From the IMG/VR virus record IMGVR_UViG_2772190672_000001, positions 1 to 64,000 of that record: a stretch of 64,000 nt of DNA, one strand, 5' to 3'. Within the stretch, counting starts at the first letter, position 1. Each line of letters opens with the position of its first letter. The stretch is from a virus (lineage: Duplodnaviria > Caudoviricetes). Positions 1-10,400 of the stretch are shown here, piece by piece. The notes beneath the pieces are model-generated. The model was not told where the DNA came from. It saw only the letters and a list, made by a program, of their open reading frames with translations, and did no database searches. A program made the translations under genes and the position numbers.

Positions 1-426
1 TCACGATGCCCCCCAACAAGTCCGCGCGGGCGGCTCCTGGCCTGGGTGGGTCTCGTTGAAGTGAGCGCGGATCGCATCCTCGATCCGCTGCTTACGCTCG
101 TCCTCACAGGCCGTCGCGTGCTCGGTCAAGATGCGCGAGCGCTCGACGGTGCCCGCGCTCACCGGGATCGGCGGCAGCGCCAGCGGTTCGGCACCCGGCC
201 ACTCCTCGTGGAACCAGCCACACGCCAGCGCACACGGGAACCGCAGCACCCCGGCCCTCGGGTGGTTCAGCGGGTACGGGGAGACGAACGGCGGGATGAT
301 GCTCGGCTCCGGTGGCGGCGCCTCCGGCGCCGCGCGGCGGACGGCTTCCAGCTCGGCGAACTGCTCAGCGGGAGTCGGCTTCAGCAGGGAAGCCAGCCAA
401 CCGTCGAGGTCCTTCAGATCGGGCAC
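1..426 (-). CDS. Hypothetical protein with CxxxCxW.H motif (possible Zn-binding)
   Basis: GTG at 426 with GGAGGA RBS; Pro-rich; FPCALACGWFH and HFNETH motifs. Confidence 0.55.
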   Translation of the reverse strand: MPDLKDLDGWLASLLKPTPAEQFAELEAVRRAAPEAPPPEPSIIPPFVSPYPLNHPRAGVLRFPCALACGWFHEEWPGAEPLALPPIPVSAGTVERSRILTEHATACEDERKQRIEDAIRAHFNETHPGQEPPARTCWGAS

Positions 427-631
427 GGTGCTCCTCCATGGAAGCGGCCCCGCCGACGGGGGGCAGCGGGGCCTGACGACAGTGTGACAGCAACCGGTCA
501 GGAGGCAGACAGGAATCCAGCATTCCGTATCGCCCCGACAGCCGGGCCGACTCCGGACGCCACGGCGGCCACGCCCAACCGCCACAGCACACCTCCTGTT
601 TCGGCGGCCGCACAGGATGCCACAAACGAGA

Positions 632-660
632 ACGGCCGCCCCCGGAGCTAGGGCGGCCGT
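632..660 (-). terminator. Intrinsic terminator-like hairpin after the lysis cassette
   Basis: ACGGCCGCCC/GGGCGGCCGT 10-bp stem followed on the minus strand by TCTCGTTTGT. Confidence 0.6.
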
Positions 661-678
661 CCGTTCGAGAAGGAGTCG

Positions 679-963
679 TCAGCGAGCGAACAGCGAGATC
701 ACCCCTGTTGCTGCGCCGGCGACCCCAGCGACGGCCCCGACCACGCCCAACGGCCAGCGCCTGAGCTTCAGCGCTTCGACCTCCGCCGACAGCATGGCGA
801 TCGACCTATCGGTCTCGTCGCGGAGCCGCGCCAAGTCCGCCTCCGTGCGTGTCGAGCGTTCCATGAGAACGCTCAGCGACCCTTTCACCTCAGCGAACCC
901 GGTGCTGACCGTGCCTCGCAGCCGCTCCAGTTCTACGGCGACCACCGGCTCCGACGTCGTCAT
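679..963 (-). CDS. Small coiled-coil membrane protein of the lysis cassette
   Basis: ATG 963 with AGGAAGG RBS; coiled coil then C-terminal hydrophobic helix (WPLGVVGAVAGVAGAATGVISLF). Confidence 0.65.
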   Translation of the reverse strand: MTTSEPVVAVELERLRGTVSTGFAEVKGSLSVLMERSTRTEADLARLRDETDRSIAMLSAEVEALKLRRWPLGVVGAVAGVAGAATGVISLFAR

Positions 964-965
964 GG

Positions 966-1226
966 TTAGACCTTCCTGGACAGACTGGCCGAGTTCGGGT
1001 CCCCGAACGCGCGGGCGACCATGCCCTTGATGAGCGCCAGGCCAGCGCCCACCCCGGCGCCGAGCGCGGAGTACCACATGCTGGCGTGAGTGGCCTCGGC
1101 CGGGACGAACGCCGCGGCGAAGCCGAACGCGGCGCTGGTGACGGCCCGCTCCACCAGGTCCTTGGCGTACGTCTCGGCGGTGCGCAGAACGGCCCCTCCG
1201 TCGGGGAGCTGGAAGCTGCTGCTCAT
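966..1226 (-). CDS. Holin (r1t-like, two TM helices)
   Basis: 86 aa; KDLVERAVTS motif; two hydrophobic helices; GDPNSASL C-terminus; directly after endolysin. Confidence 0.75.
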   Translation of the reverse strand: MSSSFQLPDGGAVLRTAETYAKDLVERAVTSAAFGFAAAFVPAEATHASMWYSALGAGVGAGLALIKGMVARAFGDPNSASLSRKV

Positions 1227-1229
1227 GGG

Positions 1230-2342
1230 TCAGGACTCCTTCCAGGCCAGCGCCGTCAGCACCGCGCTGGCCACCTCGATGTCGAACTTGCTCTGGTTGA
1301 GCAGCCGGACCCGCATGGAGCGGCCTGCGCCGATCCGCTTGACCAGCGGCACGAACCCATACGTGCCGCCGGGAGTGCCGACCACCTCGTGGATCGGGTG
1401 GACGGCCTTGAGGACGTCGCCTTCCCACTCGCTCATGCGTACCTGGACGACGTCGCCGACGGGCAGACCCTCGAAGCGGAGCGACAGGGAGCCTGTGAAC
1501 CGCGCGGCGCCGGCGGCGAACGTCTCGCCGCTGGCGGCGTGGTCTCCGGCTTCGTCGTCCCATTCCTGCGTGAACTGGATGTCTTCCCAGTTGCCGGGCG
1601 CCAGAGGGTAGGAGCGCACCAGGCCGAGGTTGATGTACGCGGGACCGGTCAACTTGACCTCCCTGGGCGGCGGCGGGCTCGCGGTGTCGGGGCTCCAGCT
1701 CGCCGGGTGCTTCAGCCGCTCGGCGACGTCCGCGCGCAGCTGGGTCATCGTGAACTGGAAGCGCCCGCGCGTGCCGTAGCCCTCGACGGGCCCAAGGGGG
1801 TCGATTTTGCCCTCGACGCTGGTCTCCAGGTGGCCGGCGCAACTCCCGGCCCCCCAGCCGTGATGGCGGCAGATCGCGGCATTCCACCGCACCCACGAGT
1901 CGTACTGGGCGCGCGAGTAGACGTCCTTGCCGTTGCCGAGGTTCTCCACCTCGATCCCGTACAACACGTCATTGCCATCGACGGTGCCGGTGCTCTTGTC
2001 CGGCTTCGGGATCGGCTTCTCGTTCAGGATCGCCTTGTACGAGTTCACGGCCGCCAGCCCGGCATGGTTGGCGCGGTGGCAGGACACCAGTACGGCCACG
2101 CCCGTCTTCGGCAAGAACGCATGACAGAGCGGCGAGGGCAAGTTCGGCGCCCCGTCCACTGCGACCGCGGCGAGGCTGTTCGACCCGGCCGTGTGGTGGT
2201 TCAACACCCCGTGCACGGGGCCGAAGACCTTGCCGGTGACGGCATCACGGCCGCGGGTCGTCCATCCGCTGTACTCCGTGAACCGCACGCCCTCCGCTTT
2301 GAGGGCTGTTCTCCACTGGTCGGGCGTCATCGGGTCGGACAA
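1230..2342 (-). CDS. Endolysin, N-acetylmuramoyl-L-alanine amidase (Amidase_2) with a beta-rich C-terminal domain
   Basis: VLNHHTAG, GIEVEN, GHLE...KIDP Zn-amidase motifs; TTG start 8 nt after GGAG. Confidence 0.85.
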   Translation of the reverse strand: MSDPMTPDQWRTALKAEGVRFTEYSGWTTRGRDAVTGKVFGPVHGVLNHHTAGSNSLAAVAVDGAPNLPSPLCHAFLPKTGVAVLVSCHRANHAGLAAVNSYKAILNEKPIPKPDKSTGTVDGNDVLYGIEVENLGNGKDVYSRAQYDSWVRWNAAICRHHGWGAGSCAGHLETSVEGKIDPLGPVEGYGTRGRFQFTMTQLRADVAERLKHPASWSPDTASPPPPREVKLTGPAYINLGLVRSYPLAPGNWEDIQFTQEWDDEAGDHAASGETFAAGAARFTGSLSLRFEGLPVGDVVQVRMSEWEGDVLKAVHPIHEVVGTPGGTYGFVPLVKRIGAGRSMRVRLLNQSKFDIEVASAVLTALAWKES

Positions 2343-2373
2343 GGGGACCACTCCGAAGAAGTGAGGATCCTTG

Positions 2374-2412
2374 CCCGGCCCAGAACCAGCGGCGTATCGC
2401 TCTTGGAGTCTA
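2374..2412 (-). promoter_or_regulatory. Late motif copy 1 (TAGACT + CGCCGCTGGTTCTGGGCCGGG) upstream of endolysin
   Basis: 21-mer at 2374-2394; TAnnnT at 2407-2412. Confidence 0.7.
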
Positions 2413-2775
2413 GCTTTCCCCGCTGCTGACGGCCTGCGCCTGCCCGGTGTAACTGGACAGGCGGCGGGCGACCGTTTCCGGGATGCCGACTGTGAGCAGC
2501 GCGGTGTAGTCCTGCATCTTCTGCGCCGCCTCGGCCGCCAGCAGTCCCGCCACACGCGCCTCCTGGTCGGCCAGCATCTTGGCCTGCAAGGTCAGGTACT
2601 CCGCCTCGGAGATCAGCCGGCCGGGGCGGGACAGCACCGGATCAATGCCGTCGCCGGTGACGGTGAGCTGGGAAATCACGCCGTCGTCGTACACCGCCCA
2701 GAAGTTGCGCGGCTGCGGCGCGGGCTGGTCGCCGCCGTCGTCGCCCGGCCACGGCCAGGGCAGGGAGTCCAGCAT
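2410..2775 (-). CDS. Small protein after fibre gene (possible fibre assembly chaperone)
   Basis: 121 aa; LISEAEY motif resembles those of 18930-19196 and 25126-25326. Confidence 0.5.
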   Translation of the reverse strand: MLDSLPWPWPGDDGGDQPAPQPRNFWAVYDDGVISQLTVTGDGIDPVLSRPGRLISEAEYLTLQAKMLADQEARVAGLLAAEAAQKMQDYTALLTVGIPETVARRLSSYTGQAQAVSSGES

Positions 2776-2785
2776 GGCGCGCTCC

Positions 2786-3619
2786 TCACAGGCTGATCAG
2801 CAGGACACGGAGGGTGAAGTAGATCGCGTAGTAGTAGGCGTTGGCCGCCCCGCGGCCGACTCCCGCCCCGAACCCGACCGGCATCGAGGAGCCTGCGGCG
2901 AGCGTCCCCCGGCCGAGGAGCTTGGTGTGCTGGGTGTGGATGCCACTCATCGTGGAGCTGCCCGTGTTGCGGATGTACTGCATCTCGTCACCGTCGAATC
3001 CGGTGGCGGCCGCTCCGCCGGCGGGCACGACGAGCCAGATGTCCACTTCCTGCTCAGCGAGCACCAGGGCCGGGCGGCATGTGTCCGGGTTCGTGACCGT
3101 CACCGAGTAGGTGTCCACGGTCGTCAGCCCCGAGGTCGGCACGGGGACGTCGTTGTATGACCGGTTCTCGAAGTAGTTGGTCAGCGACGCCTTGCCGCGC
3201 GGCTCGCTGCGCAGCACGCCGTTGCTGTCACAGGCCACCACACCGCCAGCGCTGTCCACGCTGCACGGGTAGGGCCAGGTGCCGGTGGCCACCTTGAGCG
3301 GGGTGCTGCCCGAGCCGTTGCCGGACAGGCCGCATCCCGTACTCACCGTGGCGGCACCGGTCGGCACGTACAGAGATCCGTCCGGCCGCGTGACGAGGTT
3401 GTTCCCGGCCTGCCCGGACACCTTGGCACCGATGGCACCGGTCGCCGGGTCGTAGCTCACGCCCGGCCCGGCCGACAAGCAGGATCGGACCGCCGCGCAG
3501 GGCACCTCGGCCGAGATGACATACGGGTTGGCCGCTGAACCTGAGCCGCTGACCGACGTGTTCGTGCCGGCCTGAACCGTGCAACTGCACTGACCTCCGC
3601 CGCACCCACAGCGCGCCAC
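2786..3619 (-). CDS. Tail fibre/receptor-binding-like protein, paralog of 19211-21139
   Basis: GTG 3619 (MARCGCGGGQCSC); shares GSGSAANPY, CxxVRxCxSAGxG, AGN..DGxLYxP and GCGLxGxGS modules. Confidence 0.6.
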   Translation of the reverse strand: MARCGCGGGQCSCTVQAGTNTSVSGSGSAANPYVISAEVPCAAVRSCLSAGPGVSYDPATGAIGAKVSGQAGNNLVTRPDGSLYVPTGAATVSTGCGLSGNGSGSTPLKVATGTWPYPCSVDSAGGVVACDSNGVLRSEPRGKASLTNYFENRSYNDVPVPTSGLTTVDTYSVTVTNPDTCRPALVLAEQEVDIWLVVPAGGAAATGFDGDEMQYIRNTGSSTMSGIHTQHTKLLGRGTLAAGSSMPVGFGAGVGRGAANAYYYAIYFTLRVLLISL

Positions 3620-3651
3620 TGCTCCCACCGTCCTCGGGGGTTGTGCTCGGG

Positions 3652-3686
3652 CCCGGCCCAGAACCAGCGGCGCGCCCCCGAGTCTA
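3652..3686 (-). promoter_or_regulatory. Late motif copy 2
   Basis: 21-mer 3652-3672; TAGACT 3681-3686. Confidence 0.7.
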
Positions 3687-3697
3687 TCGACGTGCCG

Positions 3698-3820
3698 CCC
3701 GGACAGTGTCCGGACAAGATCAGGACGCCTGTCCGGACAGCTCCCGGACACCCCGCCCGCCCATGCGCCGGCCTGCGCGGACACTGTCCGGACACGGTGC
3801 CCGGACAAGATCCGGACCAG
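3698..3820. repeat. Intergenic cluster of (C/T)CCGGACA / TGTCCGGACA short repeats
   Basis: About 8 GGAC(A) units in ~120 bp, including palindromic TGTCCGGACA. Confidence 0.65.
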
Positions 3821-3823
3821 GAG

Positions 3824-4555
3824 TCAGCCCCACAGCTCCACGATCACGATGCCGCTGCCTCCCCCGGTCCCGTTCGTCGTGTCACCGTCCCGCGCAAAAC
3901 CGCCCGCCCCGCCACCACCCCAGCCCCGGCCGGCGCCGCCGCCACCGGTCGAAGACCGCTGCCAACCCCCGTGCCCCATCCACGACTCGCCGCCCTCCCC
4001 CGACTGGCCCTCGTTGCCGCTGATCCGCAACGCCCCACCACCAGGGCCACCACCCTGGGCAATGTCACCGATGCCCGCGGCCGGGCCAGGCGTACCGGAA
4101 AGACACATCGGAGTGTTCCCGGAGGGCATCACAGCCTGCCCGCCCGCACCACCGTTCGCCGTGCACAAGCCACCGAACGAGGAGTTGCCGCCGTTGCCGC
4201 CGTCGGTGGTGGCCGTACCCGCTGCGCCGCCCGCGCCGACCACGATGGACTCCGTCGCCCCCAGCACGGAGACATCGATCAGCCGCTCCGAGTAGCCGCC
4301 GCCGGACCCGCCTGGCTGCGCCACCAACTGGCCGGCGCTCGCCCTCGCACCCGCGGCACCGCCACCGCCCGCCTGAACCATCACGCGGACCCTGGCGAGC
4401 CACGGGTAATCCGCCTTCTTGAACGTGTACGAGCCAGTCGTACCGAACGTGAGGACCTGGCGCAGGCCCTGCTGACCTGGGATCAGGCACAAGCGGCCGT
4501 CATCGCCGACGGTGAAGTAGTCGGAGCAAACGCATACAGACGCGATCGGACTCAC
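3824..4555 (-). CDS. Glycine-rich minor tail protein
   Basis: AGGGG, VVGAGG, GGNSSFG, GGGSGIVIVE motifs typical of the phage glycine-rich domain. Confidence 0.75.
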   Translation of the reverse strand: MSPIASVCVCSDYFTVGDDGRLCLIPGQQGLRQVLTFGTTGSYTFKKADYPWLARVRVMVQAGGGGAAGARASAGQLVAQPGGSGGGYSERLIDVSVLGATESIVVGAGGAAGTATTDGGNGGNSSFGGLCTANGGAGGQAVMPSGNTPMCLSGTPGPAAGIGDIAQGGGPGGGALRISGNEGQSGEGGESWMGHGGWQRSSTGGGGAGRGWGGGGAGGFARDGDTTNGTGGGSGIVIVELWG

Positions 4556-4574
4556 CCCTCGGGTGTGAAGTGAG

Positions 4575-4609
4575 CCCGGCCCAGAACCAGCGGCGCGACA
4601 ACGAGACTA
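4575..4609 (-). promoter_or_regulatory. Late motif copy 3
   Basis: 21-mer 4575-4595; TAGTCT 4604-4609. Confidence 0.7.
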
Positions 4610-5053
4610 GCCCGGCCGGCCCGCGTCCAAGGCGATCACGTGGACCAGCACGTCCGGCCCGGCCGGCTCGGCGACGCCGCTGCCACGCCGCCCGCGCGTG
4701 CGCCAGGCCCGTACGGTCACGCACCAGGCGGTGACCTCTTCGAGCGCCACGGTCACCGTGCGGTCGTCCTCATCCGGCGTCGGGTCGACCGCCACCGCGG
4801 TGACCGCCGGGGCCGACCCGTACGCCGTAGGGAACGTCCAGCGGGCGCGGCCGTCCTCGTCGGTGAGCAGCACCGTCCCAACCGGCCCGGCGGGCTCCAT
4901 CGGTGGCGCCTCGTGCGGCGGCGGGTCCTCCTCCACCGGCTGGCCGGACGTACGCCGTCGCGCTGCCGTCCGCGCACGGTGGTCGAGGTGGCCGAGCACC
5001 CCGGCCAGCGGGTTGCCGACGACCCGCCGCGCCGGTGATCCACGCATCGCCAT
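4607..5053 (-). CDS. Minor tail protein, beta-rich; related to 21226-21531
   Basis: Coupled to upstream gene (TGATG); TDxxGxAxxxxPxxxxxAPxVT...VHxxA pattern shared with 21226-21531. Confidence 0.55.
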   Translation of the reverse strand: MAMRGSPARRVVGNPLAGVLGHLDHRARTAARRRTSGQPVEEDPPPHEAPPMEPAGPVGTVLLTDEDGRARWTFPTAYGSAPAVTAVAVDPTPDEDDRTVTVALEEVTAWCVTVRAWRTRGRRGSGVAEPAGPDVLVHVIALDAGRPG

Positions 5054-6093
5054 CAGGCTGCCTCCGCCCCGGACGCCGCCACCTGCACCTGCACCGACTC
5101 CCGGCCGGGCGTGTTCTCGTCACCGCCCGTCTCCGAGACCTTCACCCCGACGATTTTCAGCCGCTGCGTGACCTTCCGGCACGTCTCCATACTTGTCACG
5201 TCCAGTGACCAGCCCGGCACCAGGCTGGGCACGTCGATGGCGGCCTCCGGGGAGATCGTCACCTCCTGCGTGTCGATGAACACGGGGACTGTCGCCGAGG
5301 TCCGCTGCCGGGCCTGCGCGGACTGCTCGGCCGACGCGTTGTCGGTGATCTCGGTCTGCTCGATGTACCGCTCGTGCAGCCCGTAGAAGGCGTCGGTGCC
5401 GCCCGCCTCGCCGATCGCTCCGCTGGTGTCGCTCCCGGCGACGATCCACCGTGTGATCAGTGAGTCGCCGTCCTCGGCGACCTGCAGGCCGTCGGGAAGG
5501 TCCGCGTCCGACAGGCGGCCCACGCTCTGCGTGTACGTCTCGGGCAGCAGCAGGATCTTCGACCCGATCGCCGTGTAGTCCAGGCCGGCCTCGGCGAGCT
5601 GCCGCAGCCAGTCGCCGGTCTGCCCGATGTCCTGGCTGTACGACCGCGAACCCGACACCCCGGCCTGGCCGATGACCTGGACGGTGTGGCCCGGGTCGTC
5701 GGGGCGGAACCCGTCATCGATGAGCCACTCGGCAACATCCATCAGGTCGACGTTCGTGAACGTTCTCGTCTCGTGGATGACGCGCCGGTCCAGCCAGGCG
5801 AGGACGTCCTTGGCGTTCAGCTCGATCCCGTCGAGCGCCCATGAGATGTTCGTGATCGGGCCGTCCCACACGTACTTGTCGTCCCGGAACAGCACCAGCC
5901 GGTTCCTCCAGCTGGAGACCCGACCCAGGCGCCCGCAGCAGTCGCCGTCCGGGTTGATGACCACCCGCGCCGTGCTGACGCCGTCCAGAACCCGGTTCCA
6001 TTCGACCTGGGTCAGCACGTTGGCGACGGCAACGATGGCGCCGCTCCTGTCGACCACCTGGGCGGTGTGGGTCCCGCACCCCGCTACGGCCAT
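5053..6093 (-). CDS. Minor tail protein (hub/Tal-like)
   Basis: ATG 6093; WNRVLDGVS, RDDKYVWDGPI motifs; second gene after tape measure. Confidence 0.7.
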   Translation of the reverse strand: MAVAGCGTHTAQVVDRSGAIVAVANVLTQVEWNRVLDGVSTARVVINPDGDCCGRLGRVSSWRNRLVLFRDDKYVWDGPITNISWALDGIELNAKDVLAWLDRRVIHETRTFTNVDLMDVAEWLIDDGFRPDDPGHTVQVIGQAGVSGSRSYSQDIGQTGDWLRQLAEAGLDYTAIGSKILLLPETYTQSVGRLSDADLPDGLQVAEDGDSLITRWIVAGSDTSGAIGEAGGTDAFYGLHERYIEQTEITDNASAEQSAQARQRTSATVPVFIDTQEVTISPEAAIDVPSLVPGWSLDVTSMETCRKVTQRLKIVGVKVSETGGDENTPGRESVQVQVAASGAEAA

Positions 6094-7418
6094 TACCGTC
6101 CCCGTCCCGACACGTTGATGGTCACCAGTGCATCCATGGCCGGCGGGTTCTCCACGTCCGTGCTGAGGCACACGCAGTAGCTCGCGCAGTCCAGCACGTT
6201 GAAGGACACCGGCATGCCGTCCATGCCGTAGACGTCGGACGAGCTCTCGCAGACACCGTTGCACTCGACGAGGGCTCGCCCGGTCTGGCCGTCCAGGGTG
6301 ACCGCACCTCCGGCCGGGACGAAGCCCACATGCCAGTAGCTGTGCGGATCGCACCGCTTGAAGTCGGCGAGGTCTTCGCAGGTCATGCCGACTTCGGTCT
6401 GCTCGTAGATCTCGATCGTCAGATTCCGCAGGTCCGTCGACCCGGACCGGACGGTGACGACCGGCACGTCCGACGACCAGGTCGGCCGGCTCGTCAGGTC
6501 CACCGTGTAGCAGGTCCGCTCGGTGGCCAGCGGCAGGCAGTAGCAGGTGTTCAACGGCGCCCCCGGCAGCGGCGGCTGCGCTGGCGCGCACCGGGTGTCG
6601 GCGCACGCCGCGGCGGGGTCGACGCAGGCCGCGAACCGGCAGCCGCCGGGGCACTGCTCCGTGGACCCGGCCGGGTGCAGGCACCAGCCGACACACGAGC
6701 CGTCCAGGTCCATCGGCGGCACGACTTCCAGCACCGGCATCGGGTCGGTGTACAGCCACGGCACCGCGGCCGTCAGCACGAATTCAACCGTCAAGATGTC
6801 GGCGCCGGACTGGCATTGACCCGCGCTGCAGCCGTCACCGGCCCGCGCGGTCACCTTCGGACCCTCGGTCAGGGCGACCCTGCGCAGGGTGCGCCGGTGC
6901 TTGGCGTTGAACTGGGCCGGGGTCAGGTCCGTCTCGCCGGGGCAGCAGTTGTACGTCACCAGGCAGTCGCCGTCGCAGTCGCCGCTGGCACAGCCCTGCA
7001 AGACCTGCGACAGCCAGTGCAGTCCGTAGTCCACGCCGCAGCAGGTGGAGCCGAGGACGAGCGCGGTCACGGTGATCGTGCGCGGGATCGCGCGGGCCGG
7101 ACCGATGGATCCGCCCCCGGCGATGCCGCCGGTCACCGACCGCTGCACCGGGTGATCCTCCATACCGGCGACATCCAGCACCATCAGCCCGGTGAACTCC
7201 GCCGACTCGGGCACGTCCGCGTCGTACCAGGGCGCCGGCGACGCCGGATCGCCGGGCGTGGTGTACGGCAGTTGCTCCAGGACCTCGTAGCCGAACGTGG
7301 GGCATCCGCAGCCGCTCCAGCCGGTCAGCGGCGACCCGACCGTCTCCAGGTAGGTGTTGAGCCGGGCGTGGTTCACCAGCTCCACCCCGCCGTACTCCAT
7401 GTACCAGTCGACCGCCAT
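6093..7418 (-). CDS. Minor tail protein (distal-tail-like), Cys-rich
   Basis: First gene after tape measure; YGGVELVNHAR, APWYD..PESAEF.G, RTITVTAL motifs. Confidence 0.7.
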   Translation of the reverse strand: MAVDWYMEYGGVELVNHARLNTYLETVGSPLTGWSGCGCPTFGYEVLEQLPYTTPGDPASPAPWYDADVPESAEFTGLMVLDVAGMEDHPVQRSVTGGIAGGGSIGPARAIPRTITVTALVLGSTCCGVDYGLHWLSQVLQGCASGDCDGDCLVTYNCCPGETDLTPAQFNAKHRRTLRRVALTEGPKVTARAGDGCSAGQCQSGADILTVEFVLTAAVPWLYTDPMPVLEVVPPMDLDGSCVGWCLHPAGSTEQCPGGCRFAACVDPAAACADTRCAPAQPPLPGAPLNTCYCLPLATERTCYTVDLTSRPTWSSDVPVVTVRSGSTDLRNLTIEIYEQTEVGMTCEDLADFKRCDPHSYWHVGFVPAGGAVTLDGQTGRALVECNGVCESSSDVYGMDGMPVSFNVLDCASYCVCLSTDVENPPAMDALVTINVSGRGR

Positions 7419-10400
7419 CAGCTCACTCCCGCCGCGAGGACCAGGCGGTTCAGCACCCGGTGTGCCGTCATGTGCGCGTCGCCCACCTCGTTGATCGTCC
7501 AGTAGTTCGTCATCTGCAGCCCGCCCCCGGCCGCCCGGGCGCCGCGCGCGGTGGCCGCCGCGGTGCCGTCGGCGGCGGCCTGGCGGGCGCGCTGCATCCG
7601 GGTCAACGGGATGACCACGCCGTCCCCGCCGCGCCCGCCGAGCCCGGTCAGCTGGGCGGTCACGCCGTCGGCGAGGTTGCGGGCCGCCACCCGCGAGGCG
7701 TCCTGCAAGCCGGCCAGCCGCCGCAGGAACCCGATGTGCAGGCCGAGGCCGGTCATGTCGCCGATGTGCATGAACACGCGGCTCGGGCTCTTGATGTGCA
7801 GGGCCGCCTTGATCGCGGTCTGCATGCCCTTCGCGATGTCGAGCATCAGTTTCTCGATGGCCTTCTGCTGGCCCTTCAACCCGGCCAAGAAGCCCTTCGC
7901 GGCCTGGGCGCCCGAGTCGTACAGCAGGTCCGCGCCGGTGTTGCCCAGCGTCGTGGATGCCTTCGACAGCTGGCCCTGCAGGTTGTTGAGCCGCTTCAGC
8001 TGATCCGACGTCGCCGACGACAGCGCGGCGGCGATGCTGGCGCCCTGCTCGGGACCGAGGCCGATGACCTGCTGAAGCAGGCTCTTGGACAGCCCCCGCT
8101 TGGCCAACCGGTTCACCTCGGCGGTGAACGTCTTCACCTGGTTCACCGCGCTCTGCAGGCCGGCCGTCAGGGTCGAGGCGGTGACCTTGTCGGCGCCCTG
8201 GGTCAGGCTTTGCAACGAGAACGCCTGTAGCGCCGTGTTCGTCGTGTCGGCGGCGAACTTTCGCGCGTCGGTGATCCGCTTCACGAGTGCGTCGCGCTGG
8301 GTGGCGAGCTTCTGCAGCTTCGTGTTGCCCGAGCTGAGCATGGCGACGAGCTGGTCATCGACCCGCGTCTTCTTGCCCTTGAAGGCGTCGGTGATGGCCT
8401 TGACCATCGCGTCCGTCGTGGACTTGATCTGCGCCGCCGTGCCGGTCAGGCCCTTGACGAAGCCCGCGCCGACCAGCTGCCCGATCTTGGCGAACACCTT
8501 GGACGGCGAGGCGATCTGCAGCGTGGTCTCCGCCGCGGTGACGGCTGTGCCGGCCATGTCCTGCGCGGCCGCCGCGACCAGCCCCTGGTTCTGGCGGATG
8601 CCGTCGACCATGCCCTGCACGACCTGGGCGCCGACCGTGTTCAGCAGGCTGGCGATGCCGGAGAGTGCCGCGCTCAGGCTGGACAGCACGCTGCTAGCGG
8701 CCGAGCCGCCCGCTGAGGCGGCCGTAGCGGTCGTCGCGGCGAGCGTGCGGGCCTGGCCGACGCCGAGCATGTCCAGCAGCCCGGAGCGGGCCGCCAGTTC
8801 GGCCGCCCGTTTCGGCCGGGTCAGCGGAATGACCACCTCCGGTCCGGCCTCGCCGATCAGGGCGTGGGTCGGCCCGTAGACGATGCCACCGGAGGCGAAC
8901 GGCAGGTACTTCCTGACCGAACTCGGCAGCCCGCTCTTGATCTTGCTCATGATCTGGCCGCCGACGTTGCCGATCGCGCCGACGATCCGCGAGCCCAGGC
9001 CGGAGAACAGCGAGACGACGCCCGAGATCAGGCTCGACACAGCGTTCTTGGCGGAGCTGGCCGCCGACCGGAAGGCGCCGGCGATCCTGGAGCCCACGGA
9101 CGACAGCGCGCTACCGATCCGGCCGGGCAGCCCGGAGAAGAACGACACCACCGCCGACCCGGCGGAGCTGGCCGCGCTCAGCGCCGACGAGCCGGCCGAC
9201 CGGAACAGGCTGGAGACGCGGCCCGGCAGCGCGGCCAGCGCGGAGCCGATCCGGCCGGGTAGCTGGGAGAAGAACGACGCCGCCGACGACAGGAACGAGG
9301 AGATCGCCGACGTCGCCGCGTTGAACCCGGAGACGAAGGCGTTCAGCAGGAACGTGCCCAGCGAGGCGAGGGCGCTCGCGATCCGGCCCGGCAGCTCGGT
9401 GAACGTGAAGACGATGCCCGCGAGCAGCGTCAGCAGGGCGATCGCGATGCCGGCGACCGCTGAGGTGAACAGGTTGAGCAGGAGTCCGGGCAGCGCCTGC
9501 AGCCCGGCGAGGATCATCCCTGGCAGCTGGGCGAAGAAGCCGACGACCGTCTGGAAGCCGGATACCACGAACTGGCCGATCGACGTGAACAGGCCGGTGA
9601 AGAACGAGGCCAGCATGGAGCCCAGCGCCGACAGCCCCGAGACGATCATCCCGGGCAGCTGGGCGATGAACGTGATCACCGACGTGATCCCGGAGATCAG
9701 GCCGGTCAGGACGCTGACGACGCCCTGGATGATCGGCACGACCAGGTTGATCGCCAGCCACGTGTCGAACGCGGCGCCGATCTGCGCGATCGGCCCGACG
9801 ATCCGCAGGAGCAGCACGGCCAGCGGAGCGACCGAAGCGACTAGCCCGGCCAGGGACGGCAGCAGCGGCAGGACCGCCTGGACCATCGCCGAGAACGCCG
9901 AGACCAGCCCGGGAAGCGTCGGCATCAGGGCGTTGACCAGCGCTGTGATCACCGGGGCCAGGGAGGCAGCGACCTGGCCCAGGGCGCCCGCCAGCGTCGT
10001 GAACAGAGGGGCCAGAGCGGCGAGCAGCTGCCCGATGGCCTGACCGATGCCGGTCGCTAGCGGCGTCAGCGCCTGCACCAGCACCGCGAACGCCTGAGCC
10101 AGCGGCGGCAGGACCGGCATCAGGGCTGCGACCAGCTCCTGGATGATCGGCTCGAACAACCCGGTCAGCAGCTGCAGGACGGGCGCCAGGGCGCCCGCCA
10201 GGACGGACACCACCTGCCCGACCAGTGGCAGCAGCGGCGTCAGCGCCGAGAGGACCTGGCCGACCGCGGCACCGACCGGTCCGAGCGCCGGGCCGATCAC
10301 CGCGAAGGCGGCAGCGAGCCCGTTCGCCACCTCCTGCAGAACGGGGGCAATCGCCGCCAGCGCGGGCCCCAACGCGTTGATCAACCCGGTGATCGCCGGG

